Virus record (IMG/VR): IMGVR_UViG_3300035682_001576 | Location: 1-53,693 of that record | DNA: 53,693 nt | Strand: one strand, 5' to 3' | Source: a virus | Lineage: Duplodnaviria > Caudoviricetes | Shown here: positions 43,624-53,670 of the stretch, piece after piece | Numbering within the stretch: the stretch's first letter is position 1 | Layout: each line of letters starts with the position of its first letter | Position numbers and translations under genes: made by a program | Notes under the pieces: model-generated | What the model saw: only the letters and a program-made list of their open reading frames with translations | What the model was told of the DNA's origin: nothing | Database searches by the model: none

Positions 43624-44252
43624 GATTTAAATAATCCGCTTTTTGCATGGCTTTTAAGTTCTTCAAAACTAATTCCAAAATTTACTATTAAATGAACTCT
43701 GGCTAATGTTGAGTTATTAATAACCCCATGAAGTACATTTGTATTTATAGCATAACATTTGCCTGATTCAAAATAATATCTATCTATCTTTTTAGTATCT
43801 AAATTATGTCCCAACATGATATTGTCACTATTGGTTATGATGGGCCAATGAACTCGTGTGATATTTTCCGTATAATCATCAGTATGTAATGCTATCTTTT
43901 TACCAGGATCTATTTTGGCAAATCTAGCTCTATGAGGCAAAAATTTAAATCTATCAAATAATTCTTTTATATAATCATGAACATGATGTGTATGATTGGT
44001 CATTAATTGCCAATTGATATCAGACTCTTTTTTATTTCTCGTTCTACTTATATCTTGATAAATCTTTAAACTGTCCAGTTCTGGAGAGTCGCTTTTTTCA
44101 AAACTGGTTAACCCAATACCATAAAATCCTTGATATTTTTCATCAAATTGAGTATATGATGACCAAGTCTCACTATTTAAGTAACTAATACATTGTGAAA
44201 TATCAATAGAACTATTTGAAATTTCAAAACAAAATTTTTCATTAAGACTCAT
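43620..44252 (-). CDS. AspH-like Fe(II)/2OG oxygenase
   Basis: RARFA.I.PG..I.LHTD...RVHWPIITN...HGVIN....RVHLI. Confidence 0.78.
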   Translation of the reverse strand: MSLNEKFCFEISNSSIDISQCISYLNSETWSSYTQFDEKYQGFYGIGLTSFEKSDSPELDSLKIYQDISRTRNKKESDINWQLMTNHTHHVHDYIKELFDRFKFLPHRARFAKIDPGKKIALHTDDYTENITRVHWPIITNSDNIMLGHNLDTKKIDRYYFESGKCYAINTNVLHGVINNSTLARVHLIVNFGISFEELKSHAKSGLFKS

Positions 44253-44850
44253 AAAAATCGTATCCTTGAGTTCTCTTGTCGTGAGGTAAAGTATATCTAA
44301 TTACCACTCGTTTTAACTCACTGATGGTATTACCCAACAACATGTTATGAGTGTTAAAAGATGACTGAATTCCAGATTCAATCACCTCTTCCACAGTCAC
44401 CACGTAATCTTTATATTTTGTCCATAATGAACTAAAACCTAAATTTTTTCTTTTTTTGTTTTTAATCGGCCAATGATCTTCTGCTCTAACATAATAAAAA
44501 GTATAATATCCTTTTGATTCCATATCATCTACTACATGATTTAATAAATCTATAACACCACTGTTTTTTAAAGTAAAATACGTGAGACATCCTCTAAGAA
44601 CAAAGAAATTTGAAATGGTATAATACGGCAATGATTTCCATGGAGTAGATGTCAAAAAAGATAATAATTTATCATCAACAAAATAACCAAAAATCACACT
44701 ATTGAATTTAATTAAATTGTCAATCTTTTTTAATGAATGATTTGAAATATCCGAATCTTGTCTCATAAGAGACACACTGTTGGAAATGATGTTTAACATC
44801 TGAGTTCTATCTGATTCAGAATCTAAATTTAGTTGTCTAATATCATTCAT
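44242..44850 (-). CDS. GNAT-like hypothetical protein
   Basis: IFGYFVDDKL.S...FYY pattern; similar to 47478..48068. Confidence 0.45.
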   Translation of the reverse strand: MNDIRQLNLDSESDRTQMLNIISNSVSLMRQDSDISNHSLKKIDNLIKFNSVIFGYFVDDKLLSFLTSTPWKSLPYYTISNFFVLRGCLTYFTLKNSGVIDLLNHVVDDMESKGYYTFYYVRAEDHWPIKNKKRKNLGFSSLWTKYKDYVVTVEEVIESGIQSSFNTHNMLLGNTISELKRVVIRYTLPHDKRTQGYDFYES

Positions 44851-44871
44851 TGATTCAATCTCTTTAACTAA

Positions 44872-45489
44872 TTATTTATTCACATATTCAGTAGACATTA
44901 AGTTTTTAAAACTAGTTTGAGTTAGAGATTTATTTATAGTATGAAAATCAGGAAATCCATCAAATTTAGTTTGAATTATAATTCTTGGTTCAGAACCTAT
45001 ACACTTAAAACTATGAAATGTATCTACATCAAGAGTATATACGTCTCCAATTTCAGTATGTAATTCTTCTATATATTGAATATTTTCATAGTTATATATT
45101 TTTAAATTTCTGGATCTAGATTCAACTGTTTCTATTTCTACGTTTAGACTATTAATAACATCATCATCGTACCAACGAACCCAATCTGAATCATTACAAC
45201 TGATTGCTATATTTAATGCACTTTTACACATTGTTCCGTCGCGATGAATTCTGAATCCATGACCTGAGTCACTGTAAAAAGCTTTTTGTATATATCTATT
45301 ATTTTCAGAATCGTATTGAATTTTTAATTCTGTATTATCAAATATTGAATTGAAATAATTATTCAAATTTTTGTCAAACTGAATCCATTGATATGGATTA
45401 TTTGTTTTTTTCAATTGTAATAATTGATTTTTAAAATTGTCAATAATATTCATTGGCAACTTACCTAGTTTGTTATAATATTTTGACAT
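44872..45489 (-). CDS. Fe(II)/2OG oxygenase-like
   Basis: IHRDG..CKSALNI...DVDTFHSFKC. Confidence 0.65.
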   Translation of the reverse strand: MSKYYNKLGKLPMNIIDNFKNQLLQLKKTNNPYQWIQFDKNLNNYFNSIFDNTELKIQYDSENNRYIQKAFYSDSGHGFRIHRDGTMCKSALNIAISCNDSDWVRWYDDDVINSLNVEIETVESRSRNLKIYNYENIQYIEELHTEIGDVYTLDVDTFHSFKCIGSEPRIIIQTKFDGFPDFHTINKSLTQTSFKNLMSTEYVNK

Positions 45490-45549
45490 TGAACAATTTG
45501 ATTGATTAATGATATTTATGATTTAAATTAACTCTAGATAAATATTAAT

Positions 45550-46104
45550 ATGATTATTAATTCTGAATTCTATTGGAAACACATTGACATTGATGATTAC
45601 GACAATGTAATAGACGAAATTCGATACTGCATCTCAGACGAACTTAAAAGTACTGTATATAGAAATGGATTTGATATATATAAAAATAAAAGTAAATTTC
45701 AAGAACGATGTGGTCTTTTTATGAATTGGATGTCTAAACATTCATTAAAGATAAGAAAAATTGCCGTAATTAAATTTCCACCTAATAGAATTCAGAATAT
45801 ACACAGAGATAGTCTAGAAGATTTAACTAATACGTATGGATTAAATTTAAATTTATACAATTGTGAAAATAGCTATACTAGAATGTTTGAATTAATTAAT
45901 AAAAATTATGTTCCAGTAACATCGTATACACCATCCGGTCTACCATTTATACCGTATCCTGATTCTCAATGTCGAGAAGTGACTAGATATAATTTAGCTA
46001 AACCAGTATTGTTAGATTTAAATAAACTTCATTCAGTGGTTAATAATACAAATGATACAAGAATAAGTATATCAATCAGATTTACCACTCAACCAGATTT
46101 ATGA
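45550..46104 (+). CDS. Fe(II)/2OG oxygenase-like
   Basis: IHRD...LN...LHSVVN....RISISIRF. Confidence 0.65.
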   Translation: MIINSEFYWKHIDIDDYDNVIDEIRYCISDELKSTVYRNGFDIYKNKSKFQERCGLFMNWMSKHSLKIRKIAVIKFPPNRIQNIHRDSLEDLTNTYGLNLNLYNCENSYTRMFELINKNYVPVTSYTPSGLPFIPYPDSQCREVTRYNLAKPVLLDLNKLHSVVNNTNDTRISISIRFTTQPDL

Positions 46105-46109
46105 TTCAA

Positions 46110-46661
46110 TTAAGATAAATCAGTTATATAATCTTTAAATATTATAAGAGATTCTGCCATAGTTACTCTTTTAAAAGTAAATTTATGTATAGGTACTAAA
46201 CTTACACATAATCTATCCTCGGTTACATCAATAATATTATGTGGAATTCCAACTTGTACAATTGTAGGATTGTAAACTTTAGTTCGTTCTATTTCTTTAA
46301 CTTCATTGAAAGTGTAAATAATACTCTTAGTATTAGTAGATGTGGTATTTACTGGTTTGTCTTTTTTGTCAAGAATTTCATACCAACACATCTGAGATTC
46401 TCCACTTCCATATATCCAATTTAGTTTGATATAATCTCCACCTAAAGAGTCAACATGAATTCCTCCACTATGACCGGCGGCTTTAAAAAATGTCTCAGCA
46501 AAAGTTATTTTTAAATTTAACGAATCAAAAAATGATAATAGTTCTTTGTTTAGAAATTCATAATGATTCAATGTATGAATCATACTTTTTGGTATATCAT
46601 CAATTGATTTTTCATCTTTAAAAAGAGAAATATTTAAATTCAAAAAGCAAAAGTTTTTCAT
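46110..46661 (-). CDS. Fe(II)/2OG oxygenase-like
   Basis: IHVD...KLNWIY...IPHNI.....RLCVS. Confidence 0.65.
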   Translation of the reverse strand: MKNFCFLNLNISLFKDEKSIDDIPKSMIHTLNHYEFLNKELLSFFDSLNLKITFAETFFKAAGHSGGIHVDSLGGDYIKLNWIYGSGESQMCWYEILDKKDKPVNTTSTNTKSIIYTFNEVKEIERTKVYNPTIVQVGIPHNIIDVTEDRLCVSLVPIHKFTFKRVTMAESLIIFKDYITDLS

Positions 46662-46662
46662 A

Positions 46663-47481
46663 TTAATATTTATCATTTAAAAATGGTAAAAATATTCTGG
46701 CCGGATCCCATTCCCACCAATGACCACTCACACCAGTTCCAAAATCATATGATTTTGGATCATAATGATGATTGTTATGCCAGCCCTGACCCCAACCTAG
46801 ATAGCCCAATAATATATTATTATGACTATTATCTTTTGTATCAAAGTTTCTATATCCAATTAATCCTTTATCATGTCCAAATACATTAATTAAATTGTCT
46901 TGTGTCACACCAATAAATGTTACTAACCAAAATGCACATAAAGCCAATCTCCAATCAAATAATGCCACTATTAGTGGTACACCCCAACAAACTCGTAATA
47001 TATTTTTATGAAACCATATATGATTAGACTTACGTAATAAATCAACAGCATACTTTAGATTAACTGAATCCGTCATTTCTGTTCGTTTAGACTGCCAACC
47101 AATAAATGCATGATATTTTCCATATATTACTGGACTGTGTAGATCCTGTACTTGATCGCTAAATCTGTGATGATAACCTCTATGTACGGCAACCCAGAAT
47201 ATGCTGGCACCTTGACCAGCAAATGAAGCAAAAAATAAAATAATATTTTCTTTCCATCTTGGTAAATCATGAGTTTTATGACTGAATATTCTGTGATAAC
47301 CAACAGCAATGCCCAGACCACATACCAACATCCACATTATTAATGTTGACCATAGATAATATAGTGGAATAATTCCAATAGTCAATAATATTATTGTCAA
47401 AAGTCCTAATATTATTGCCGGTACAAATTGAAACCAAAATGTTTTTGAAATTGTTGTTAAGAATTTAGAGAGTTTTTTCAT
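46663..47481 (-). CDS. Membrane fatty-acyl desaturase
   Basis: His boxes HRIFSH, HRGYHH, HNNHH; WWEWD. Confidence 0.92.
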   Translation of the reverse strand: MKKLSKFLTTISKTFWFQFVPAIILGLLTIILLTIGIIPLYYLWSTLIMWMLVCGLGIAVGYHRIFSHKTHDLPRWKENIILFFASFAGQGASIFWVAVHRGYHHRFSDQVQDLHSPVIYGKYHAFIGWQSKRTEMTDSVNLKYAVDLLRKSNHIWFHKNILRVCWGVPLIVALFDWRLALCAFWLVTFIGVTQDNLINVFGHDKGLIGYRNFDTKDNSHNNILLGYLGWGQGWHNNHHYDPKSYDFGTGVSGHWWEWDPARIFLPFLNDKY

Positions 47482-48068
47482 ATATTTCCACCTACTGGCA
47501 ATTGTGTTCTATATTCTTGTTTTAAATAACTACAGCGAACTATAGAATCTTCTGGTAATAATAGTCTATGATATAATAATTCCCAATGATTAGTATAGTA
47601 ACTTTTACATCTTGCTGGAACAATACATTCATCAAAATAACCATATCGTTCATTATTATATTCACTATAGCTGAATTTTCTAAGTAATTTAGTATGTTTT
47701 TGATTAACCAATGTATAAAATTTTAATCGGCCATTGGCTTCATTATAACTTATAATTTTATCTAAAATTGATTTTAACAATTGATTATTACCGCTACTTC
47801 TACACATTGTATAATACCAAGCTGGCTCTTCTACGCTCTCATAGAATGACACTGTAGCAGTAACAACGTCATCTTCTATATAACCATAGGCATGAAAATT
47901 CTTAAGATCACTTAGATAATTTGCACAGAATCTATCATAAATCAACTGATTTAATCCTTCGTCAGCCATCATAAATGAGTCTAAATTATCTACACCCATA
48001 TATTTTTTGTGAGTAAATAATTTTTTAATTAATTCGGTATGTGTACTATCTAGTTTAACTACTGACAT
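47478..48068 (-). CDS. GNAT-like hypothetical protein
   Basis: AYGYIEDD.V.A...FYTL pattern; similar to 44242..44850. Confidence 0.45.
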   Translation of the reverse strand: MSVVKLDSTHTELIKKLFTHKKYMGVDNLDSFMMADEGLNQLIYDRFCANYLSDLKNFHAYGYIEDDVVTATVSFYESVEEPAWYYTMCRSSGNNQLLKSILDKIISYNEANGRLKFYTLVNQKHTKLLRKFSYSEYNNERYGYFDECIVPARCKSYYTNHWELLYHRLLLPEDSIVRCSYLKQEYRTQLPVGGNI

Positions 48069-48069
48069 A

Positions 48070-48987
48070 TTATTTTCCAAATAATTGTTGTTGTAAATCA
48101 GTGATGAATATTCCATCTAAACTGTTTTCCAATCGTTTGACATGACTCTTATACAATACATTATAAGTTTCTACATTGAATCCCATAAGTTTTTCATATC
48201 CATGTGTTTTTTTCTTGTCAATAATTGATGGCATCATACTTTGTAAAATATCATTTTTTGAACTAACACTAGACATTTTATAATTATGTTTATCATTTAT
48301 TAATCGTTGAATATTAGGATGTTCTAAATAATATCCCATCATTTCTGGTGTATAACTAAACCATTCATTGACCAATGGTATATTGTATTTTAAACTAAAT
48401 CGCATGGCACTGGCATCTTCATTCTCACGAAAGCAATAATACCATTGACTGCCATTGATATCAACATGCCGTCTGAGCATCATTTCACCACCCATAATAG
48501 CCGGATGACCTAATTTTAAAATATTATGATATACAGTTAAATATGCCATTTGTCTGCATTGAATGATTTCACTAAATTCATATGCTTGACCACTGTTGTA
48601 GAACTCTTTAACATCAAATTCAATGACTTCAAGTTTAATGTCTAATTCTCTGGTAATAGTCTCAGCTATCTTTAAATCTTCAATGTTATAATCGTTTTTG
48701 AATTTAATAAATATTGATCGTGGTGTAATACCAACATGTTTAAAAGCTCTGAGTACAATCTCACTATCTGTTCCCCCACTAAACATTACAACTAAATCAG
48801 ATCCAAAATCATCATATATTAAATTAGCTGTTCTATATTGTTCATTAAGCCAAGAACTTTTTTTATAATAATCATGATCTATTGAACCACAAGACACTGA
48901 AAACTTTTCATATGGATTTAATCTGATTCCATATAATCTATCATCAATATTATATTTCAAATGATTGTCAAGTGTAAAATTATACAT
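48070..48987 (-). CDS. PP-loop (N-type ATP pyrophosphatase / asparagine-synthetase-like) protein
   Basis: VMFSGGTDSE adenylation loop. Confidence 0.7.
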   Translation of the reverse strand: MYNFTLDNHLKYNIDDRLYGIRLNPYEKFSVSCGSIDHDYYKKSSWLNEQYRTANLIYDDFGSDLVVMFSGGTDSEIVLRAFKHVGITPRSIFIKFKNDYNIEDLKIAETITRELDIKLEVIEFDVKEFYNSGQAYEFSEIIQCRQMAYLTVYHNILKLGHPAIMGGEMMLRRHVDINGSQWYYCFRENEDASAMRFSLKYNIPLVNEWFSYTPEMMGYYLEHPNIQRLINDKHNYKMSSVSSKNDILQSMMPSIIDKKKTHGYEKLMGFNVETYNVLYKSHVKRLENSLDGIFITDLQQQLFGK

Positions 48988-49220
48988 TACATTAAATTAA
49001 TCAAGTCTCTGACAGTTGTAGGTGATTTAAGAGCATCTGGAAATTCCACATTAAACGCTTCTTCATATTCAACTTGAAGTTCAATAATATCCAAAGAATC
49101 CAGACCTATATTATATAGATTGTCATCAATTGATACTTTAAAATTTTTATCAAATAATTTAGATAATGATGTATGTAAAAACTCTAATTTTTCTGATTCA
49201 GTTGTTGGTTTGTTTGTCAT
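48987..49220 (-). CDS. acpP: Acyl carrier protein
   Basis: IGLDSLDIIEL..E.EE.F phosphopantetheine motif; TVRDLI; acidic, 77 aa. Confidence 0.88.
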   Translation of the reverse strand: MTNKPTTESEKLEFLHTSLSKLFDKNFKVSIDDNLYNIGLDSLDIIELQVEYEEAFNVEFPDALKSPTTVRDLINLM

Positions 49221-49752
49221 ATTCTGCTGTCCATTGTTCGGTATAATATATTGTATGTTTGCCAATTGGTTTAAAACGTTTATAAATATCTGGCCAATCA
49301 TTGAACAATACTGTTCGTTTATTCTGACTAACTCTCTCAAAGTATTTATAAATGGAATAATTATGATCATTGACAGTGACCCAAAGTTTGGAATAATTAA
49401 TAGATTCTTGAATCATCTTAGGTAATATGGTATTGCCAATAATATATTGTGCTCTAAACTTGGGAGTAATATACATTCTAGTTAATAACAATGCCACACT
49501 TGAATCTAAATCATATTCATTCCATCCTGCACTACACACATACTTATCGCTATCATCAGTGATCACGAAATATTTACCATGACCACGATGATAACGACCT
49601 TGATCTAAAATATAAAATAAATTACCAGAAATATTACTGTAATCTGGATGATAATTTTTGATAATATTTACATCATTGATATCTAACAGACCATGTTTAA
49701 GAATGTCAATTACTGTTTGATTACTTAGATCGTGTATTTCGTGTATTTTCAT
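49198..49752 (-). CDS. GNAT-family acyltransferase-like
   Basis: SAGWN...LTRMYI.PKFR motif-A-like segment. Confidence 0.55.
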   Translation of the reverse strand: MKIHEIHDLSNQTVIDILKHGLLDINDVNIIKNYHPDYSNISGNLFYILDQGRYHRGHGKYFVITDDSDKYVCSAGWNEYDLDSSVALLLTRMYITPKFRAQYIIGNTILPKMIQESINYSKLWVTVNDHNYSIYKYFERVSQNKRTVLFNDWPDIYKRFKPIGKHTIYYTEQWTAEYDKQTNN

Positions 49753-49760
49753 TATTAGAT

Positions 49761-50417
49761 TTATTTAGTTTTAGAATAGAATACATGATTTCCTATTTTT
49801 AATTTTTCATAATATGGCCAACGTGGGTTAACTTTATTATTGTGAAAAAATAAAATATTATTTGGAATATCATTTTTCCATTCATCATTATCTAATACTC
49901 TACGAGCAATCTCTTTTGCTTGAACATATATTGGATTGTCTATATGCGGCTCTTTTTTACGCTGACAAACCCAACTAAACTGGCAATGAGTTGTTGATTG
50001 TTCAGTGTTGGGATTCCAACGAGTGGTCATTTGATATATGACTTTACATGGATTACTTGCAAAACCGTGTAATACACGATTCATGACTACTCTGGCAACC
50101 GCAACTTGACCCATATATGATTCACCACCAGCCTCATGATAGATGTTAACAGCCATACATTTTATTTGCTCTTTACGAGTTAATGCAATTACTTGTTCTT
50201 CATATGTAATTGTTGGTAATTTAACTGGCTGAATCATTTCTACAATTTCTATTGTTGATTCTTCTATTTTGTGTATTTCTACTGCTATGGGATATGTTTT
50301 AACATATGGTCCAATTAAATCATTATTATTATTGTTTGTCAGTGACCAAAGTATGAATACTAATATCGGTATGATCGTACATAATATGATTGGTTTTATT
50401 TTGCTTCTACTAAGCAT
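49761..50417 (-). CDS. SleB/CwlJ-like cell wall hydrolase (Hydrolase_2) with N-terminal TM
   Basis: CMA.NIYHEA.GE...GQ.AVA.VVMNRV...QFSW...IGNH.FY. Confidence 0.88.
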   Translation of the reverse strand: MLSRSKIKPIILCTIIPILVFILWSLTNNNNNDLIGPYVKTYPIAVEIHKIEESTIEIVEMIQPVKLPTITYEEQVIALTRKEQIKCMAVNIYHEAGGESYMGQVAVARVVMNRVLHGFASNPCKVIYQMTTRWNPNTEQSTTHCQFSWVCQRKKEPHIDNPIYVQAKEIARRVLDNDEWKNDIPNNILFFHNNKVNPRWPYYEKLKIGNHVFYSKTK

Positions 50418-50507
50418 ATTATTCTCCTTTCGTTATTACGGGCAAATATAGAACACTATTCTATCCATACCCTATTGGGTATGGGATTTGTTTAATAGTC
50501 TATATAT

Positions 50508-53078
50508 TTACAGATTCCAACAGTCACAATTACAGATTGTAACATCGGCAATTGCTTCATCAACTGTTGAGCTTGCCGAGTCTGGCGGTGGCAAGGGTGG
50601 GATAGGTCCGGGTAAATAAGGATTTTCACTAAATGTTGTAAACGGCCCAGGACCTGGAAATGTAACTACATTAGTTAAATCATTATTTGGATTTGCTTGT
50701 GGTGGTGGTGGTTGTTTATTACCTGTTCTATCAGGTGGTTGACAACTCGGTGGTGCTTCTATTGATATTTCTATGTAGGGATATCCAACACCTGGATTTG
50801 CTACAAATAAACTACTGATGGAACCATCCTCTTCGATTACTGGAATTAATTGTCCTCCGTATCCATATGGATATATATAAACCTGTGGTGGATTAGCAAT
50901 ATCATAACCAATACTTCCATTTGTCATGGTTACTGTATTAATTGATCCATTTTGGTTTGTAGATGCCACTGCACTAGCAGCACAATTGTCTATTGCACCA
51001 GGAACACTATTATCTGGAGGTATACCCGCCCAGTTAAGTCTTTCTGCATTTCTGGCTTCTCTCATGGCAGCTATAATACTTTGACCACCAAGATTAGCAA
51101 CATTGCTAATTCGTTCTAATGTTTGAGCACTTTCGCCCTGACCATTATCTTTTCCATATGCCTCTAAAGTCTTGACAAATGTTGAAAAATTCAATTGTTG
51201 ACTACTGGCACTTAGATCAGTAGTTATTGGAACACTATAAGGAATTGCACGTTGTTCAATAAACAATTGATTTCCAATTTGATCCCAATAATAATTAAGT
51301 TGTTTACATTGTCCAGTATTACTTATATATATGTTAGAGATTGCACTTTCAATCTGACCAATCAATGCCACAATTTGTCCATCTAATACTGGATCAAACG
51401 GACTTGGTAATGGGTCTGGTGGTGGATCAGGTATTGGAGTAACTGGAGTTAAACTTAAAGTGTAAAGATTCTTATATAGAATTTGTAATGCAGTAGTAGG
51501 CAATTTAGATATTATAGATTCTACACCCGATAACCATTGATCATAGGGATATCCAGCAGCACAGCCAAAGAAATCACATTGACGATATGTCCCTGTATTA
51601 CCACTACCTAATGCAATATTAGTCAACATAGTATTAGCAGCAGGAATATTGGTTGCCGTACCAGTAACATTGTTTATTTCACCTAAACCTTTATTAGTTA
51701 ATTCTAAATCTACTACCGATAATGCCAATTTCTGAACATCAATTTGCATGATATTTTTAACTTGTTGCATTGTAGTTGAAAATGCACCACAAGCAGTAGC
51801 AATATCTGGTGGAATTACAGCAGCTAAATCAGTGGCTAATTGACCACCTAATGATTGTACTTGTGGATTTACTCCACTATCTGTATATATAAAATAATAT
51901 GTCTTACTGGTTGGTGTATCTGCTCTATATTGAGGTACAGTTAAACTAAGATAACTAGTTGGGAATAATTTCTTTGGATCTAATAGATCAGCAAGTGTGG
52001 TTAAATTATTTAATTTACAATTTAATTGTAATGTAATACCATTACTGGCACTATATAAATCAGGACCACTAACTAATTTAAATGCTTCATAAATTTTCTT
52101 TTCTTGAATTGGTGTAGGAACATATGCTGGATTAAATATCTTACCTAATTCTTGAGCATCTAATCCAGCATATTGAAGTGCCATACCAACTGCTGGTGTC
52201 AATGCACTATACTTTTGCATAGTTAATAACAATACACTTGGTGTTCCAAATCTATGTATATTAGACAAATCAATTACTTTACCAGTATTGATTAAATCAT
52301 TACCCCATAATCTAAATGCCTGTGTAACACCTGATAAATCATTAGTAGTCAAATCATTGATGTTACTAAAGTTACCAGCCATGAATTTTTTACTTTCATC
52401 TAAACTTGATATTTGACCATTTTGTTGTTGACGATAACTATCACTTTGACTAAATGCATTGACAATATCATTATATTGATTAAAGTTACCATTCCACAAT
52501 TCATAATAGGCTTGACGAGCCAATACTGATACAAATCCACGACTAAAGTATTCATCATAATCAGTCATAGTAATAGTATCGGCAGGTAGATACGCTGCTT
52601 TATATGTATCAGTAGTTTTCTGCCAACTATTTTTTCCTGGCCAACCAGTTATATAAGCATAATTACCGTATCCATTAAATATATAACTATATTGCCCACT
52701 ATTAGGATAATTCTTTGGTGGATAACTATCACTACTTAATGTAACGCCAGTCCAACTACCATAACCAGGATAACTTGGTTTAAATGTTGTAGGTATACTA
52801 TTACCTAATGCTGAACAAACTGTACTTCCAAGTTTAAGTAACAATCTCCATGTACTAACATTGATTTGACCAATATTAGCCATGTTATAAATGTTTGGTA
52901 GACTATTAGTTAAAAATTGTAATACATTGTTAGATGTTACTGAACCTTGAGTATAATTAGTTGGAGTCCAAACACCTTGCAAGGCACTAGCAACTGGATT
53001 AATAGTAAATCCACGATCTGCAGATATTTCAGATAATACGTTTATCTGTAGTGGTGTATAATTGCCGTCTAAACTCAT
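50508..53078 (-). CDS. Large putative virion (baseplate/tail) protein
   Basis: 856 aa, N/S/T/Q-rich, G.GY beta repeats, Pro-rich linkers; follows PAAR. Confidence 0.6.
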   Translation of the reverse strand: MSLDGNYTPLQINVLSEISADRGFTINPVASALQGVWTPTNYTQGSVTSNNVLQFLTNSLPNIYNMANIGQINVSTWRLLLKLGSTVCSALGNSIPTTFKPSYPGYGSWTGVTLSSDSYPPKNYPNSGQYSYIFNGYGNYAYITGWPGKNSWQKTTDTYKAAYLPADTITMTDYDEYFSRGFVSVLARQAYYELWNGNFNQYNDIVNAFSQSDSYRQQQNGQISSLDESKKFMAGNFSNINDLTTNDLSGVTQAFRLWGNDLINTGKVIDLSNIHRFGTPSVLLLTMQKYSALTPAVGMALQYAGLDAQELGKIFNPAYVPTPIQEKKIYEAFKLVSGPDLYSASNGITLQLNCKLNNLTTLADLLDPKKLFPTSYLSLTVPQYRADTPTSKTYYFIYTDSGVNPQVQSLGGQLATDLAAVIPPDIATACGAFSTTMQQVKNIMQIDVQKLALSVVDLELTNKGLGEINNVTGTATNIPAANTMLTNIALGSGNTGTYRQCDFFGCAAGYPYDQWLSGVESIISKLPTTALQILYKNLYTLSLTPVTPIPDPPPDPLPSPFDPVLDGQIVALIGQIESAISNIYISNTGQCKQLNYYWDQIGNQLFIEQRAIPYSVPITTDLSASSQQLNFSTFVKTLEAYGKDNGQGESAQTLERISNVANLGGQSIIAAMREARNAERLNWAGIPPDNSVPGAIDNCAASAVASTNQNGSINTVTMTNGSIGYDIANPPQVYIYPYGYGGQLIPVIEEDGSISSLFVANPGVGYPYIEISIEAPPSCQPPDRTGNKQPPPPQANPNNDLTNVVTFPGPGPFTTFSENPYLPGPIPPLPPPDSASSTVDEAIADVTICNCDCWNL

Positions 53079-53359
53079 GGTACTTGAACCGTCCCACTAC
53101 CTTGTACTATTTTATGACCACAACTTGTTTGACTTCCTACTCTTACAACTGGAAGCCCATCACAGATTACAGTAGAACTTCCGTCTACTGTAACGCTTGA
53201 TTGATGTGGTGGATGACGTTTTTTTTGCCAAGGAGAATGAGGTGTGACTTTACTAACATGTAGTGCTACTGGTTTGCCATCGCAAATAACAGTAGATGAT
53301 CCTCTCATCAACTGTCCACCTACACTATTCTTATCACCCTTTCTACTTAATGCTGGCAT
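53075..53359 (-). CDS. PAAR-repeat spike-tip protein (gp5.4-like)
   Basis: MPALSRKGD...GS.TV..DG.PV repeated, CGH.I..GS.TV. Confidence 0.88.
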   Translation of the reverse strand: MPALSRKGDKNSVGGQLMRGSSTVICDGKPVALHVSKVTPHSPWQKKRHPPHQSSVTVDGSSTVICDGLPVVRVGSQTSCGHKIVQGSGTVQVP

Positions 53360-53379
53360 ATTATCATCCTCTCTAGTAT

Positions 53380-53670
53380 TTATACTAGCGAAATACTGGT
53401 TGTTGACTGAATATATTGATCAGCAAATTGTTTATCAGTGGCTTCTGCTACTGTTACCGTAGTTTTCAACAATTTAATATCTTTTTCTGGACTAACTGTA
53501 AACAAGTATGGCATCAAACCTGGACCCTTAGGACCCATGCCAATCACTTGTGGATGTGAAAGTTTGTAATATGTCGGTGTTTCTTCTGACAATCTAGCAA
53601 CAATTTCTTCACCACTGGTTAACTTCAATGTAATTACTTCACCTGCTGATACGCCTTTATCTATTAACAT
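53380..53670 (-). CDS. Conserved T4-like phage hypothetical protein (Sm-like fold likely)
   Basis: TLKL.SGEEIVARL...P...L.PY...Y...T. Confidence 0.7.
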   Translation of the reverse strand: MLIDKGVSAGEVITLKLTSGEEIVARLSEETPTYYKLSHPQVIGMGPKGPGLMPYLFTVSPEKDIKLLKTTVTVAEATDKQFADQYIQSTTSISLV

